Origin: Candidatus Latescibacterota bacterium
GTDB taxonomy: Bacteria; Latescibacterota; UBA2968; UBA8231
DNA: 64,000 bases
NCBI GenBank assembly: GCA_965261395.1
Contig: OZ253462.1
Span: forward strand, 3,424,001 to 3,488,000
Direction of reading: 5' to 3'
The notes beneath the pieces were generated by a model, which was given only the letters and a program-made list of their open reading frames with translations, searched no databases and was not told where the DNA came from. A program made the translations under genes and the position numbers. Positions 18,470-27,457 of this stretch are shown piece by piece; positions within the stretch are counted from its first letter, which is position 1, and each line of letters begins with the position of its first letter.

Positions 18470-20410
18470 TCAGGAGACCGTGAAGCTGTTGCCGGTCATG
18501 CCGGTGAAGTAGTCAATGATAAGCCAGAACCCGGCCGAGCCGAAGCCACCTAGGACCATGCCGAGGAAGAAGGGGCGTAGCTGGGTATAGACTCGGGCAC
18601 CGCCGTACTTGAGGATGGCGGCCTTCAGCAGCCAAGCGATGAAGACCGAAAACCAGAGATGGTACATCGGCGCTGTCATGCCCAAGGTCATCCCGATGGG
18701 GTGGATCGGGAAGCCGGCGAAGCGGTTTTTGACATAGGACATGATGCCCATGAGGACCGCGCCTAGGACCGTGAAAGCCATGTGCCAGAACTGGGTCGGT
18801 TGGGGGTTGTTGAGGTTGTGGGTGATCCAGTTGCCGGTGAACGTGGGCAGACCGCTGAACTGCCAGCCGACTAGGTTGATACCGCCGTACTGGTAGGACA
18901 GTTCGACGATGGCCCAGGCAGAGCCGACTAGGGTGACGAGGATGGCTCCAACCACGGCCCAGAACAGCCGCCGTCCCTCCAGCGCCGTTTCCTGGGCTAG
19001 CTTCACGCCGGTCGCCGCCGAGGCCATCACAAAGGTGCGCACGTCCGCCGACCAAGCGAAATTCAGCCCTAGAATGGTCAGCCCTGGTGCTCCCACTAGG
19101 GAGCTGCCCAACGCATTGACCGTGAAGACGGGGGCCGCTACCGTGGCCCGGTATGAGGCTAGGCCCGTCTGGGCGATGATCCGCGTCAGCCCGATGAAGA
19201 TCACCATGGACATGGTGAGAAAGACCGCTGCCGTGAGTAGGTTTAGCCCCGCGACCAACAGCCAGACTAGCGCCAGCAGGCTGCCTAGCAGAGTGCCGAA
19301 GACAGCCGTCCGGTAGGAGAGCAATTCGCCGCGGTCGTCGACGTCCGGCGCTCCGCCGAAGGCTTTGCGCAGCACGTCCCGCAAGTGGCGGCGGCCGTGC
19401 CAGAAGCCGGCGAACACTAGGAACAACAGCGCGCCTTGGGCCATATGGGCGACGCTGGGTGAGGCTGGGTCGGAGAAGGGCTGCACCGGACCAATGCTCC
19501 AGCCGAGCATGCGCTCCAGTCCCGTCTGCAGCAGGGCGAGGAAGGCGAAAAACCAGACTCCGAACCCCACGTCTAGGCTCAGCAGATAGGAAAGGCCGAT
19601 GACCTCGAAGCGGGGCGAGCAACGCAAGTGGACCGTGTTCTGTAAGATTGGGATGGAAGCGTCTAGGTTGATTGGTGGGATGAAGTGGTAGTACTTGTGC
19701 AGCGCTTCCAGACCGTTGATCAGGAAGGGAATCAGGAAGCCAATCCACATCAAGTAGTTGCTAAAGAAAGGCGGCAGCTTCCTATCCGGCTCCTCGGTGC
19801 TCATCTCTAGGGGAAGCACGGCCATGGGAAAGAGCAGCTTCTCGCGCTCGACCCACTGTTTGCGCAGGATGACCAGCAAGCAGAGCGTGACGAAATAGAC
19901 GGTGACCGCGAAAAGACTCCAGATCAGCAGCGGCGGGCCCCAGGCACCCCAGGAGACCGGCTCGCTGCGGGTGCCGCCCTCGAAGAGCTTCCACACCGCG
20001 TCCCGGCCATCGGGCACCAGCCACGGTGGGATATGTGGCTGGATTAGCTGAGCCCATTCGTTTTCGGGCGTGGCGTAGTAGAAGAAGCCGCCCAGTAGGG
20101 GGATCAGGTTGAGGGTGAAGCCCCAAGAGGGGATGGCCGCGGCGACGATCATCATTATATAGATGGTGACCAACTCGCCGCGTCGCAGGGCCGGCCCGCC
20201 GAGCAGGCGGACCAGCGGATTGAGCAGCAAAGTAAGCGGCAGGAAGAGGAAGATCGCCGCACCGGTCGAGAAGTCGGCACCCATGGGTGAGCCGCGCAGT
20301 ACCAGCACGCCGAAGGGCTCGCCGGCGGCGATGATGAAGCTGCCAAGCAGCCCTAGGAGCACTGCCCGTCTGGATACGCCGTGACCGGCCTTTGCAGGGG
20401 CTTGTGCCAT
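18470..20410 (-). CDS. DUF6785-like polytopic membrane protein (putative transporter)
   Basis: 646 aa; YYATPENEW, QWVEREKLLFPM, FPIHPIG, WLLKAAILKYGG; paralog of 4200..6098. Confidence 0.75.
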   Translation of the reverse strand: MAQAPAKAGHGVSRRAVLLGLLGSFIIAAGEPFGVLVLRGSPMGADFSTGAAIFLFLPLTLLLNPLVRLLGGPALRRGELVTIYIMMIVAAAIPSWGFTLNLIPLLGGFFYYATPENEWAQLIQPHIPPWLVPDGRDAVWKLFEGGTRSEPVSWGAWGPPLLIWSLFAVTVYFVTLCLLVILRKQWVEREKLLFPMAVLPLEMSTEEPDRKLPPFFSNYLMWIGFLIPFLINGLEALHKYYHFIPPINLDASIPILQNTVHLRCSPRFEVIGLSYLLSLDVGFGVWFFAFLALLQTGLERMLGWSIGPVQPFSDPASPSVAHMAQGALLFLVFAGFWHGRRHLRDVLRKAFGGAPDVDDRGELLSYRTAVFGTLLGSLLALVWLLVAGLNLLTAAVFLTMSMVIFIGLTRIIAQTGLASYRATVAAPVFTVNALGSSLVGAPGLTILGLNFAWSADVRTFVMASAATGVKLAQETALEGRRLFWAVVGAILVTLVGSAWAIVELSYQYGGINLVGWQFSGLPTFTGNWITHNLNNPQPTQFWHMAFTVLGAVLMGIMSYVKNRFAGFPIHPIGMTLGMTAPMYHLWFSVFIAWLLKAAILKYGGARVYTQLRPFFLGMVLGGFGSAGFWLIIDYFTGMTGNSFTVS

Positions 20411-20650
20411 CTACTTCTCGCTGTGTGGACCCGCTGAGCTAGCAGGTTTTCCGGCCACAATCCCCGGCCCGTAATCCGCCATTGCGGTCATAATATATTC
20501 GTTGAGCAAGTGCTCCTCGTGTGCAAGGCCGAACGTCCAGATTCGGCGATACATCTCCTCGACGACGGGCTGGTATTGCGGATCAGGGGCAAGGTTCTTC
20601 ATCTGTCCGGGATCGCGTTCTAGGTCGTACAGCTCGTCGCGGTTCATCTG
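20411..20650 (-). pseudogene. C-terminal remnant of a sulfatase-like hydrolase
   Basis: RDELYDLERDPGQMKNLAPDPQYQPVVEEM is a sulfatase C-terminal motif; the catalytic N-terminal region is absent. Confidence 0.7.
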
Positions 20651-20810
20651 TCTGCCGTGGTGCGTGCTTCCCGGCGAGATTGACCGCTCGGCAGATTCTA
20701 AGGTATATTGCGGCCCATATCCCCGTTGGCATGTCCGGCGACTCACTTCCTTTTTTGAGTGCCGCAAGGCTATCCCTGTATCATCGCTAGATAACGACAA
20801 GGAGCGCAAT

Positions 20811-21962
20811 ATGGACAAGGTGCGAATTGGTATTATCGGCCTCGGCGGCATGGGTAGCAGCCACGCCACTTATATTTCCCAAGGCCAAATCGCCGGCGCA
20901 GAACTCGCGGCCGTATCTGATATCGATCCGGCCCGGCTCGCGGGTGTGCAGGACAAATACGGCGCGGGCGTGCAAGCGTTCGCCGGGGCCGCCGCCCTGT
21001 TTGCAGCCCAATGCGTGGACGCTGTGATCGTAGCTTCCCCCCATTACTTTCACCCGCCGCTGGTGATTCAGGCTTTCGAAAACGGCCTGCACGCGATGAG
21101 CGAGAAACCGGCCGGGGTCTATACGCGCCAAGTCCGCGAGATGAACGAGGCTGCGATCAAAAGCGACCGGGTCTTTGGCATGATGTTCAACCAGCGCGCG
21201 CGCGGCGAGCATCAGAAGCTGAAGTCGCTCGTTGAGTCTGGCGAGTTAGGGCCGATTCGGCGCACGATCTACATCATCAATAGCTGGTTCCGCGCCCAGA
21301 GCTACTACGATTCGGGTGGCTGGCGGGCGACTTGGGCCGGCGAGGGCGGCGGCGTGTTGGCCAATCAGTGCCCGCACAACCTCGACCTGTGGCAGTGGAT
21401 CTGCGGAATGCCGCAGCGAGTGCGAGCCTTTTGTCGCTTTGGGCAATACCACGACATTGAGGTTGAAGACGACGTAACGGCCTACGTCGAATACGAGAAC
21501 GGAGCTACGGGTGTCTTTATTACCTCTACGGGCGAGGCTCCAGGGACCAATCGGCTGGAGATTTCAGCGGACCGCGGCAAGGTGGTGTTGGAAGGCGGCA
21601 AAATCACCTTTTGGCGCACGACGGAGTCGGCGAGCAAATTCCTCGTGGAGTGGCCGCATGGGTTTGGCAGCCCGGAGGTTTGGAAGTGCGAGATCCCAGG
21701 CGGCGGTGGCGCGGAGCACAAGGGGATTACTCAAAACTGGGTGCAGGCTATCCGCACGGGGGCACCGCTGTTGGCCGCGGGGACCGAGGGGATCAACGGC
21801 GTGGAACTAGCCAATGCGATGCTGCTTTCGACGTGGACGGACGATTGGGTACCTATTCCGGTGGACGAGGATTTGTACTACGAGGAGCTACAAAAGCGAG
21901 TAGCTAGCTCCAAGGTGAAGGAGGGGGGTGGGCAGGTGATGGATGTGCAGGGGACGTTTTAA
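20811..21962 (+). CDS. Gfo/Idh/MocA-family oxidoreductase
   Basis: IGIIGLGGMG, ASPHYFH, SEKP, GGGVLANQCPHNLD; RBS aaggag upstream. Confidence 0.95.
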   Translation: MDKVRIGIIGLGGMGSSHATYISQGQIAGAELAAVSDIDPARLAGVQDKYGAGVQAFAGAAALFAAQCVDAVIVASPHYFHPPLVIQAFENGLHAMSEKPAGVYTRQVREMNEAAIKSDRVFGMMFNQRARGEHQKLKSLVESGELGPIRRTIYIINSWFRAQSYYDSGGWRATWAGEGGGVLANQCPHNLDLWQWICGMPQRVRAFCRFGQYHDIEVEDDVTAYVEYENGATGVFITSTGEAPGTNRLEISADRGKVVLEGGKITFWRTTESASKFLVEWPHGFGSPEVWKCEIPGGGGAEHKGITQNWVQAIRTGAPLLAAGTEGINGVELANAMLLSTWTDDWVPIPVDEDLYYEELQKRVASSKVKEGGGQVMDVQGTF

Positions 21963-22026
21963 TACGAAAAAAATTTACCCGCCGCTGGTTTGGATTTTGG
22001 TCGGTGGCCCACGATAAGGAGCGAAC

Positions 22027-22812
22027 GTGAAACTTGCGTTGATGCGAGGAGACTTGCTGTCGCCGGCAGAAATGCGGCCCGAGGGATTTGAGGCAGTGCA
22101 GATGTTTTTCGGCTGGGGAGCTGACGAGGATGCGCAGGATCCGTCGGCGGAAGATATCGATAAAGTTCTACAGGCGGCCGACATCGCGCTGGCGGCGATG
22201 ACCTTGCACGTCGATCTGGTTGGGCCAAAGGGGATGGTCCGGGACGATGTCGCAAGGCTGGTGCGCTGCGTGGAAAAGACCGCAGCGCTCGAAGGGCGTT
22301 TCGGCGACAATGCGCGGCCGGTGCTGGTGTGGCATCCGTCGGAGTATCCAGAAGAGGGCGTTGACGACCGGGCGGTGTTCGAGGGGCTATGCACAGGGCT
22401 GACGACGGCCTGCGCAACGGCCGAGAGATGTGGCGTTGTCATCGCGGTGGAAATGACGCGCGCGGGGAGCATCGACGGGGCGGAGCGCTTTTTGCGGGTG
22501 CAGGACCGGGTGGGATCCGCAGCGCTCAAAGTCTGCATGGACGCGGCGAACTTTGCGCCCGACCGCACCCCGCTGGTGCGCGCGGTGCGGATGCTCGGCC
22601 CCGACATTGCAATCGCCCACGGCAAGGATGCGCGCTTTGCCGAGAATGGCGAGGTGACTGACTACGGGCCGACGGGGTCGGGGTGCTTGGACTATCCGAC
22701 CTATATCGGCGCGTTGCAGGAATGGACACAGGTGCCCTATTTCGTCTTTGAGTACTACAAAAGTCGCGATGACATGTTGAAGGCACGCGATATTGTGCGG
22801 GCTTGTTTGTAA
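22027..22812 (+). CDS. Sugar-phosphate isomerase/epimerase (xylose isomerase-like TIM barrel)
   Basis: IAVE, VCMDAAN, AHGKD, GSGCLDY, VFEY motifs. Confidence 0.85.
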   Translation: MKLALMRGDLLSPAEMRPEGFEAVQMFFGWGADEDAQDPSAEDIDKVLQAADIALAAMTLHVDLVGPKGMVRDDVARLVRCVEKTAALEGRFGDNARPVLVWHPSEYPEEGVDDRAVFEGLCTGLTTACATAERCGVVIAVEMTRAGSIDGAERFLRVQDRVGSAALKVCMDAANFAPDRTPLVRAVRMLGPDIAIAHGKDARFAENGEVTDYGPTGSGCLDYPTYIGALQEWTQVPYFVFEYYKSRDDMLKARDIVRACL

Positions 22813-22890
22813 ATCATGCGTTTCCCTATGGGTAATTCTGAACAAAAGAGAACAAAGAATTCTAAATAACGGAGAATTATGAGGTGTAAT

Positions 22891-23587
22891 ATGACCGAAT
22901 CCAATAGCACAAGGAGAAGCGGGTCTCAAGCTGCCAAGAAATCTACAACAAAACGTAAGATTAGTAAACAAAAGACACCTTCGACTAAAACCCAGAAGAA
23001 ACTATAAAAGCGATGACAAGCAAAATATTGGAGAAGAATTGCATGTATCTGAAGAATACTTTAAAAAAGCAGTCAAAATAACATACGAACTTGGACTCCG
23101 TATAGGACAGGGAGTAACACGACGTCTATTCAAAGGTGAGCTTGATTCGATAGATACTCGTTTACTTGAGTGGGGTTTTGATCTGTTACTAGAAGAACGT
23201 TGGGATCTAGCATCTATCATATTTAATTTTGGCCTCAATATACCAGACAATTTTATTTCAAACGAAGACAGTAAAAAGATATATTTAATGAATCAGGCAA
23301 TAGCTTACAAATGGACTGATGAAGAAGAAAAAATGCGTGAGTTAATCGAGAGTGTGGATTGGAGTGCATCAAGTGCTCGTTTCTTACTCGTTCGTGAGGT
23401 TCTATATGACAGATTCGACTCTGCTGAGAAACTCATGGGACGAATTGGTACAGATGAGATAACAGAAGAAGATTTTCAGACATGGCCAGCCTTTAGAGTA
23501 TTTAGAGGGACGGAAGAATTTAAACGTGGATATAAGAAGATTTTCCGCAAGACCTTTACTCCACAAATACCCCAAGGAACAGTTTAG
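22891..23587 (+). pseudogene. AT-rich gene remnant with frameshift/internal deletion (hypothetical, possibly HEPN-associated helical protein)
   Basis: RBS gaggtg + ATG 22891 opens a 38-aa ORF ending at 23007; a second frame carries a ~190-aa helical C-terminal part (GEELHVSEEYF...WPAFRVFR) without its own good start. Confidence 0.5.
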
Positions 23588-23745
23588 CGTTATAGCACTT
23601 AGAAATTGGCTTAAGATCCATGTCGGATCGTATTGAACATCGGTCTTAGAGAATCTGAACAGGCCTCTTTTGAGAGCGAGTTGCCGTACAAGAGCCGGCA
23701 CAAGGAGTTTTAAAACGATTTCTAGGCGACTAATATGGCACCTTG

Positions 23746-23780
23746 TTGACACGAGTTAACATACACGTTACCATAAATGT
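23746..23780 (+). promoter_or_regulatory. sigma70 promoter with palindromic operator for a leaderless TA transcript
   Basis: TTGACA (23746) - 17 bp - TACCAT (23769), ATG 6 nt downstream; inverted repeat gttaac-atacac-gttacc in the spacer. Confidence 0.65.
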
Positions 23781-24143
23781 ATGGTTAGAACGATTGAATT
23801 CTATCGTACGAAAGACGGGAAATGCCCAGTCATCGAATTTCTTGATCGCATAGACGGTAGGGATGCTCAGAAGATCTTATGGGTGTTCCGTCTGATCGAA
23901 CGGATCGATCACGTTCCCAAGCCGTATCTAAAGAAGCTCTCCGGCACCAATGGCATTTGGGAATGTCGGGTGAGGACGACAGGGGGAGCCTATCGCTTCT
24001 TCTCTTTTTTTGTTGAAGAAGGCAATCTAATCGTTACTCATGGATACTCGAAAAAGACCAGCAAGACGGATATGCAGCAAATTCGCCGGGCTGAACGGTA
24101 TCAGCAGGAATATTTAGCACGGAAGAAAGGGGCCTCGTTATGA
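23781..24143 (+). CDS. RelE/HigB-like (Gp49/DUF891) toxin
   Basis: IEFYRTKDGKCPVIEFLD...KKLSGTNGIWECRV...THGYSKKTSKT. Confidence 0.9.
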   Translation: MVRTIEFYRTKDGKCPVIEFLDRIDGRDAQKILWVFRLIERIDHVPKPYLKKLSGTNGIWECRVRTTGGAYRFFSFFVEEGNLIVTHGYSKKTSKTDMQQIRRAERYQQEYLARKKGASL

Positions 24144-24415
24144 GCGATGTTGAGAAATATATCTCTGCTAGGAAACAGGCAGATTCCGAATTCGTGGAGG
24201 GCTTTGAGACGGGCTATATCGATTTTGAAATAGGTGTTCTGCTCAGACAAGCCCGCGAAGCGGCAGGTCTTACCCAGGAGCAGCTTGCGGATCGGATTGG
24301 TACGAAAAAGACGGCTATTTCTCGACTGGAGAACCATGCCGATGACATCAAGCTTTCCACACTGCGGAAAGTGTCGGACGCACTTGGTCGCCGTTTGGAA
24401 CTCAGGTTACGGTAA
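24140..24415 (+). CDS. HigA-like XRE HTH antitoxin
   Basis: LRQAREAAGLTQEQLADRIGTKKTAISRLEN; ATGA overlap with the toxin. Confidence 0.9.
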   Translation: MSDVEKYISARKQADSEFVEGFETGYIDFEIGVLLRQAREAAGLTQEQLADRIGTKKTAISRLENHADDIKLSTLRKVSDALGRRLELRLR

Positions 24416-24464
24416 TTCCCATCCTCCGGACATAGCTAATTGGGAACGCTAGAGGAGAAAGTAG

Positions 24465-25052
24465 TTGCTCAGAAAACTTTTTGTTGTATGCGCGCTTGTC
24501 GTTGGCTTATGTGCCGGAGTCCAAGCGGAGCGTCCGGCGGGCATGGTGCTCTATTTTAAGTCTGGCGGCGAGATATTTCTGCTGCTCGCAGATCACCGAG
24601 AAAATGACAGAGGTTGGTCGGCGTACGGAGGTGGTCCCAACGAGGGTGAAAGCGCCGCGGAAACGGCGGCGAGAGAAACGGAGGAAGAGACGCGGGGATA
24701 TTTTCTGCGCGAGGATCTGCTGACTCTGATCGAGGGGCAGCAACCGGTGATAGATAGCGATGGTTTCGCCCTGTACTTCGCGGAAGTTCCATTTGTTCCG
24801 GCGCAACGTGTGACCAACAACCCGCTCCCAAGTGACGACGAATCCTACACTGAAAGAGGCCCATACGCTTGGATTCCGTACTCAGAACTCGACAGATACT
24901 TAAAAGGCCCGGTCGAGTACAAGAAAAAATATCCCATTGAAGCGACACTTCTTCCGAGTGGACAAAATACGGCATGGTTTTGGCCAATATGGCTTGGCAA
25001 TGTCTGGCTAGCTATTGAAACGGATTCTATCCCTTGGACGATCGAGCGTTAG
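24465..25052 (+). CDS. Nudix hydrolase with N-terminal signal peptide
   Basis: Nudix box GGGPNEGESAAETAARETEEETRG; signal-like MLRKLFVVCALVVGLCAGVQA; RBS gaggag + TTG. Confidence 0.8.
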   Translation: MLRKLFVVCALVVGLCAGVQAERPAGMVLYFKSGGEIFLLLADHRENDRGWSAYGGGPNEGESAAETAARETEEETRGYFLREDLLTLIEGQQPVIDSDGFALYFAEVPFVPAQRVTNNPLPSDDESYTERGPYAWIPYSELDRYLKGPVEYKKKYPIEATLLPSGQNTAWFWPIWLGNVWLAIETDSIPWTIER

Positions 25053-25110
25053 AATTCGCGCAAAGAGATTCAACTGTGAATCGACACTCTTAAATCGACG
25101 GACATGCATT

Positions 25111-26187
25111 GTGAAAGAAATAGCCTTTACAAACTTCTATTCCTGGTCCGTCTTTAGCCAAGAGCGCCAGATTGACTTCAACGGCCATCTCTGGGTGCGG
25201 GAAGAGGGCAATGTCCTGATCGATCCGGTGCCCATGACAGCGGCTGACTTGGAGCAGTTCGACCAATTGGGCGGGGCCGCTTGGATCGTGCTGACCAATC
25301 GCGATCACGAGCGCGAAGCCGCCTTTTTCCGGGACCGCACGGGTGCCCGCATCGCCGCCCACCGCGCCGACACTGACTTGTTTGAGCAGCCACCGGACCG
25401 CCGATTGGACGACGGCGAGGAGATTGTTCTCGGGCTCCAAGTAGTACATTTGGCGCACGGCAAGAGTCCGGGGGAGATCGCCCTGTACTGGCCGGCCCTT
25501 AAGCTAATCCTAGCCGGCGATCTGGTCGTCGGCGCGCCGCTGGGCCGCATTACTTTGCTACCCGACGCCAAGCTCGCCGATCCGCCCCAAGCTGCCTTGA
25601 GCCTGCGCAAATTGCTGCAGCTCGACTTTGACGCCCTGTTGATGGGCGACGGGCATTCCGTTCTGCACGACGCTCGCCGACTGCTGCTCGAATGTTTGGA
25701 AGAACGGACCGACATTTACATCAACAAGATCAATTTGGGGGACATTCCTTGGGTGCCTTGGGGTGGGGCCGAGGGCTACCGCTGGGAGACCAAGGATATA
25801 GATCCGCTCATCGGCGGGCGGCACTTGGGCTATCGCCTCATCCGCCTGCCTGCTGGCCAGTCGACGTTCCCGCAGCACTTCCACCATTTTGAAGAGGAAA
25901 TGTTCTACATTCTCGAAGGGACTTGCACGCTGGTCGGCCCCCGTGGTCCAGTGGCGGTGGAGCGGGGCGATTTTATCGCCTGTCCACCCGGTCTTCGTAG
26001 CGCGCACAAATTCACCAACCAAGGCCAGCAACCATGCGTGCTCTTGGCCTTGAGCAATGTTCTGCCGCACGATCTGGTCCAATACCCCGATTCGGACAAG
26101 GTCTTCCCCCGGGCCTTGGGCCGACAGGGCATTTTCCGCCGCACCGACTCGGTAGATTACTGGTCTGGCGAAACCGGCTTAAAGTGA
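25111..26187 (+). CDS. MBL-fold + cupin two-domain protein
   Basis: N-terminal LIDP..LTNRDH..GKSPGE..AGDL..GDGH (non-canonical MBL); C-terminal cupin PQHFHHFEEEMFYILEG..GDFIACPPG..AH. Confidence 0.8.
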   Translation: MKEIAFTNFYSWSVFSQERQIDFNGHLWVREEGNVLIDPVPMTAADLEQFDQLGGAAWIVLTNRDHEREAAFFRDRTGARIAAHRADTDLFEQPPDRRLDDGEEIVLGLQVVHLAHGKSPGEIALYWPALKLILAGDLVVGAPLGRITLLPDAKLADPPQAALSLRKLLQLDFDALLMGDGHSVLHDARRLLLECLEERTDIYINKINLGDIPWVPWGGAEGYRWETKDIDPLIGGRHLGYRLIRLPAGQSTFPQHFHHFEEEMFYILEGTCTLVGPRGPVAVERGDFIACPPGLRSAHKFTNQGQQPCVLLALSNVLPHDLVQYPDSDKVFPRALGRQGIFRRTDSVDYWSGETGLK

Positions 26188-26194
26188 GGGCAAT

Positions 26195-26944
26195 ATGAGC
26201 AACTTTTGGCGACTCAATCTGCGTTCCCAAGGCCTTGCACAGGACGAGGGCGGCCACGCTCTCTGGCAGGTGCAAACCAGCGCCCAAGAATGGGCGGCGG
26301 ACCAAACCGCGCTCTTGCTCTGCGACGTGTGGAACGGCCACTGGTGCCGAGGGGCGGTCGAGCGCCTCGACGCTATGGTAGAGCGGATGGATACAGTGGT
26401 CCAGGCGGTTCGCGCGGCCGGCGGCCTGATCGTCCACGCGCCTTCGGATACCATGGATTTTTACGCTGATGCACCGGCGCGTCAGCGTGCGCTCGCGGCA
26501 CCCCAAGTTGCGCCGCCGCCCGATGCCGAGCGCCCGGATCCACCGCTGCCGGTGGATGCCTCCGATCACGGGGCAGACACGGGCGAGACCGAGACCTATA
26601 AGGCTTGGAATCGGCAGCATCCGGGGATTGGGATCGACCAAGAGCGGGATATTATTTCGGATAAGGGGACGGAGGTGTATAGCTACTTGCAGCACCAGGG
26701 GATCGCGCATCTGCTGATTATGGGCGTCCATACCAATATGTGCGTTTTACACCGAACCTTTGCCATCAAGCAGATGGTGCGCTGGGGGGTGGATGTGGTG
26801 CTGATCCGCGACTTGACCGACGCGATGTACAATCCAGCCATGCCGCCCTACGTCAGCCACGACGCGGGCACGGGCTTGGTGATCGAGTTTATCGAAAAAT
26901 TCTGGTGTCCGAGCGTGGAAAGCAAGGATGTAATCGGGGAGTAA
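26195..26944 (+). CDS. Isochorismatase/cysteine hydrolase family protein
   Basis: TALLLCDVWNGHWC, MGVHTNMCVL, RDLTDAMYNP. Confidence 0.85.
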   Translation: MSNFWRLNLRSQGLAQDEGGHALWQVQTSAQEWAADQTALLLCDVWNGHWCRGAVERLDAMVERMDTVVQAVRAAGGLIVHAPSDTMDFYADAPARQRALAAPQVAPPPDAERPDPPLPVDASDHGADTGETETYKAWNRQHPGIGIDQERDIISDKGTEVYSYLQHQGIAHLLIMGVHTNMCVLHRTFAIKQMVRWGVDVVLIRDLTDAMYNPAMPPYVSHDAGTGLVIEFIEKFWCPSVESKDVIGE

Positions 26945-27457
26945 AGTTGTGCCCCATTACCCAATGGTCGCCCATACATAGGCGGCTCGCACCTAAAAGC
27001 AAACCCAAAGGAGGTGCTTTTATGCGACTCATCAGTACGTTTTGCCTCATGCTGGCCTTTGTGCTGGCCGGCAGTGCCCATGCCCACATCGGCGAAAAGG
27101 TCTATCTGATCTTCGAGATCCCGGATGCCGATTTGGGGGATATTAATCTCTTCGACGGGGACATCTCCGACTGGGAGGATGTGGTCGGCGATGCTTCGCT
27201 TGGGCCTGAAGACTTTTTTGCCGATCCGACCGTCGGCGACGGTGCCCAGTACGATCCAGCCGATATGGACTACCGGGTCTGGCTGGGTTGGAACGACACC
27301 AACAACCGGCTCTACCTCGCGGCCGAGCGCACTGACGATGTGTACATCAACGAGTACGCCGGCGGCCAGCCCGCCTCGGTATGGCAGCACGATTCGATCG
27401 AGTTCATGGTGGATGGCGACCACTCCGGTGGCCAGTACAATTTCAACAACGATGATA

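Noticed and set aside
23580-25060. Integron cassette array around higBA/Nudix (gttatag, gttagaa core-like motifs)
   Set aside because: No paired RYYYAAC/GTTRRRY attC hairpins and no integrase could be identified.
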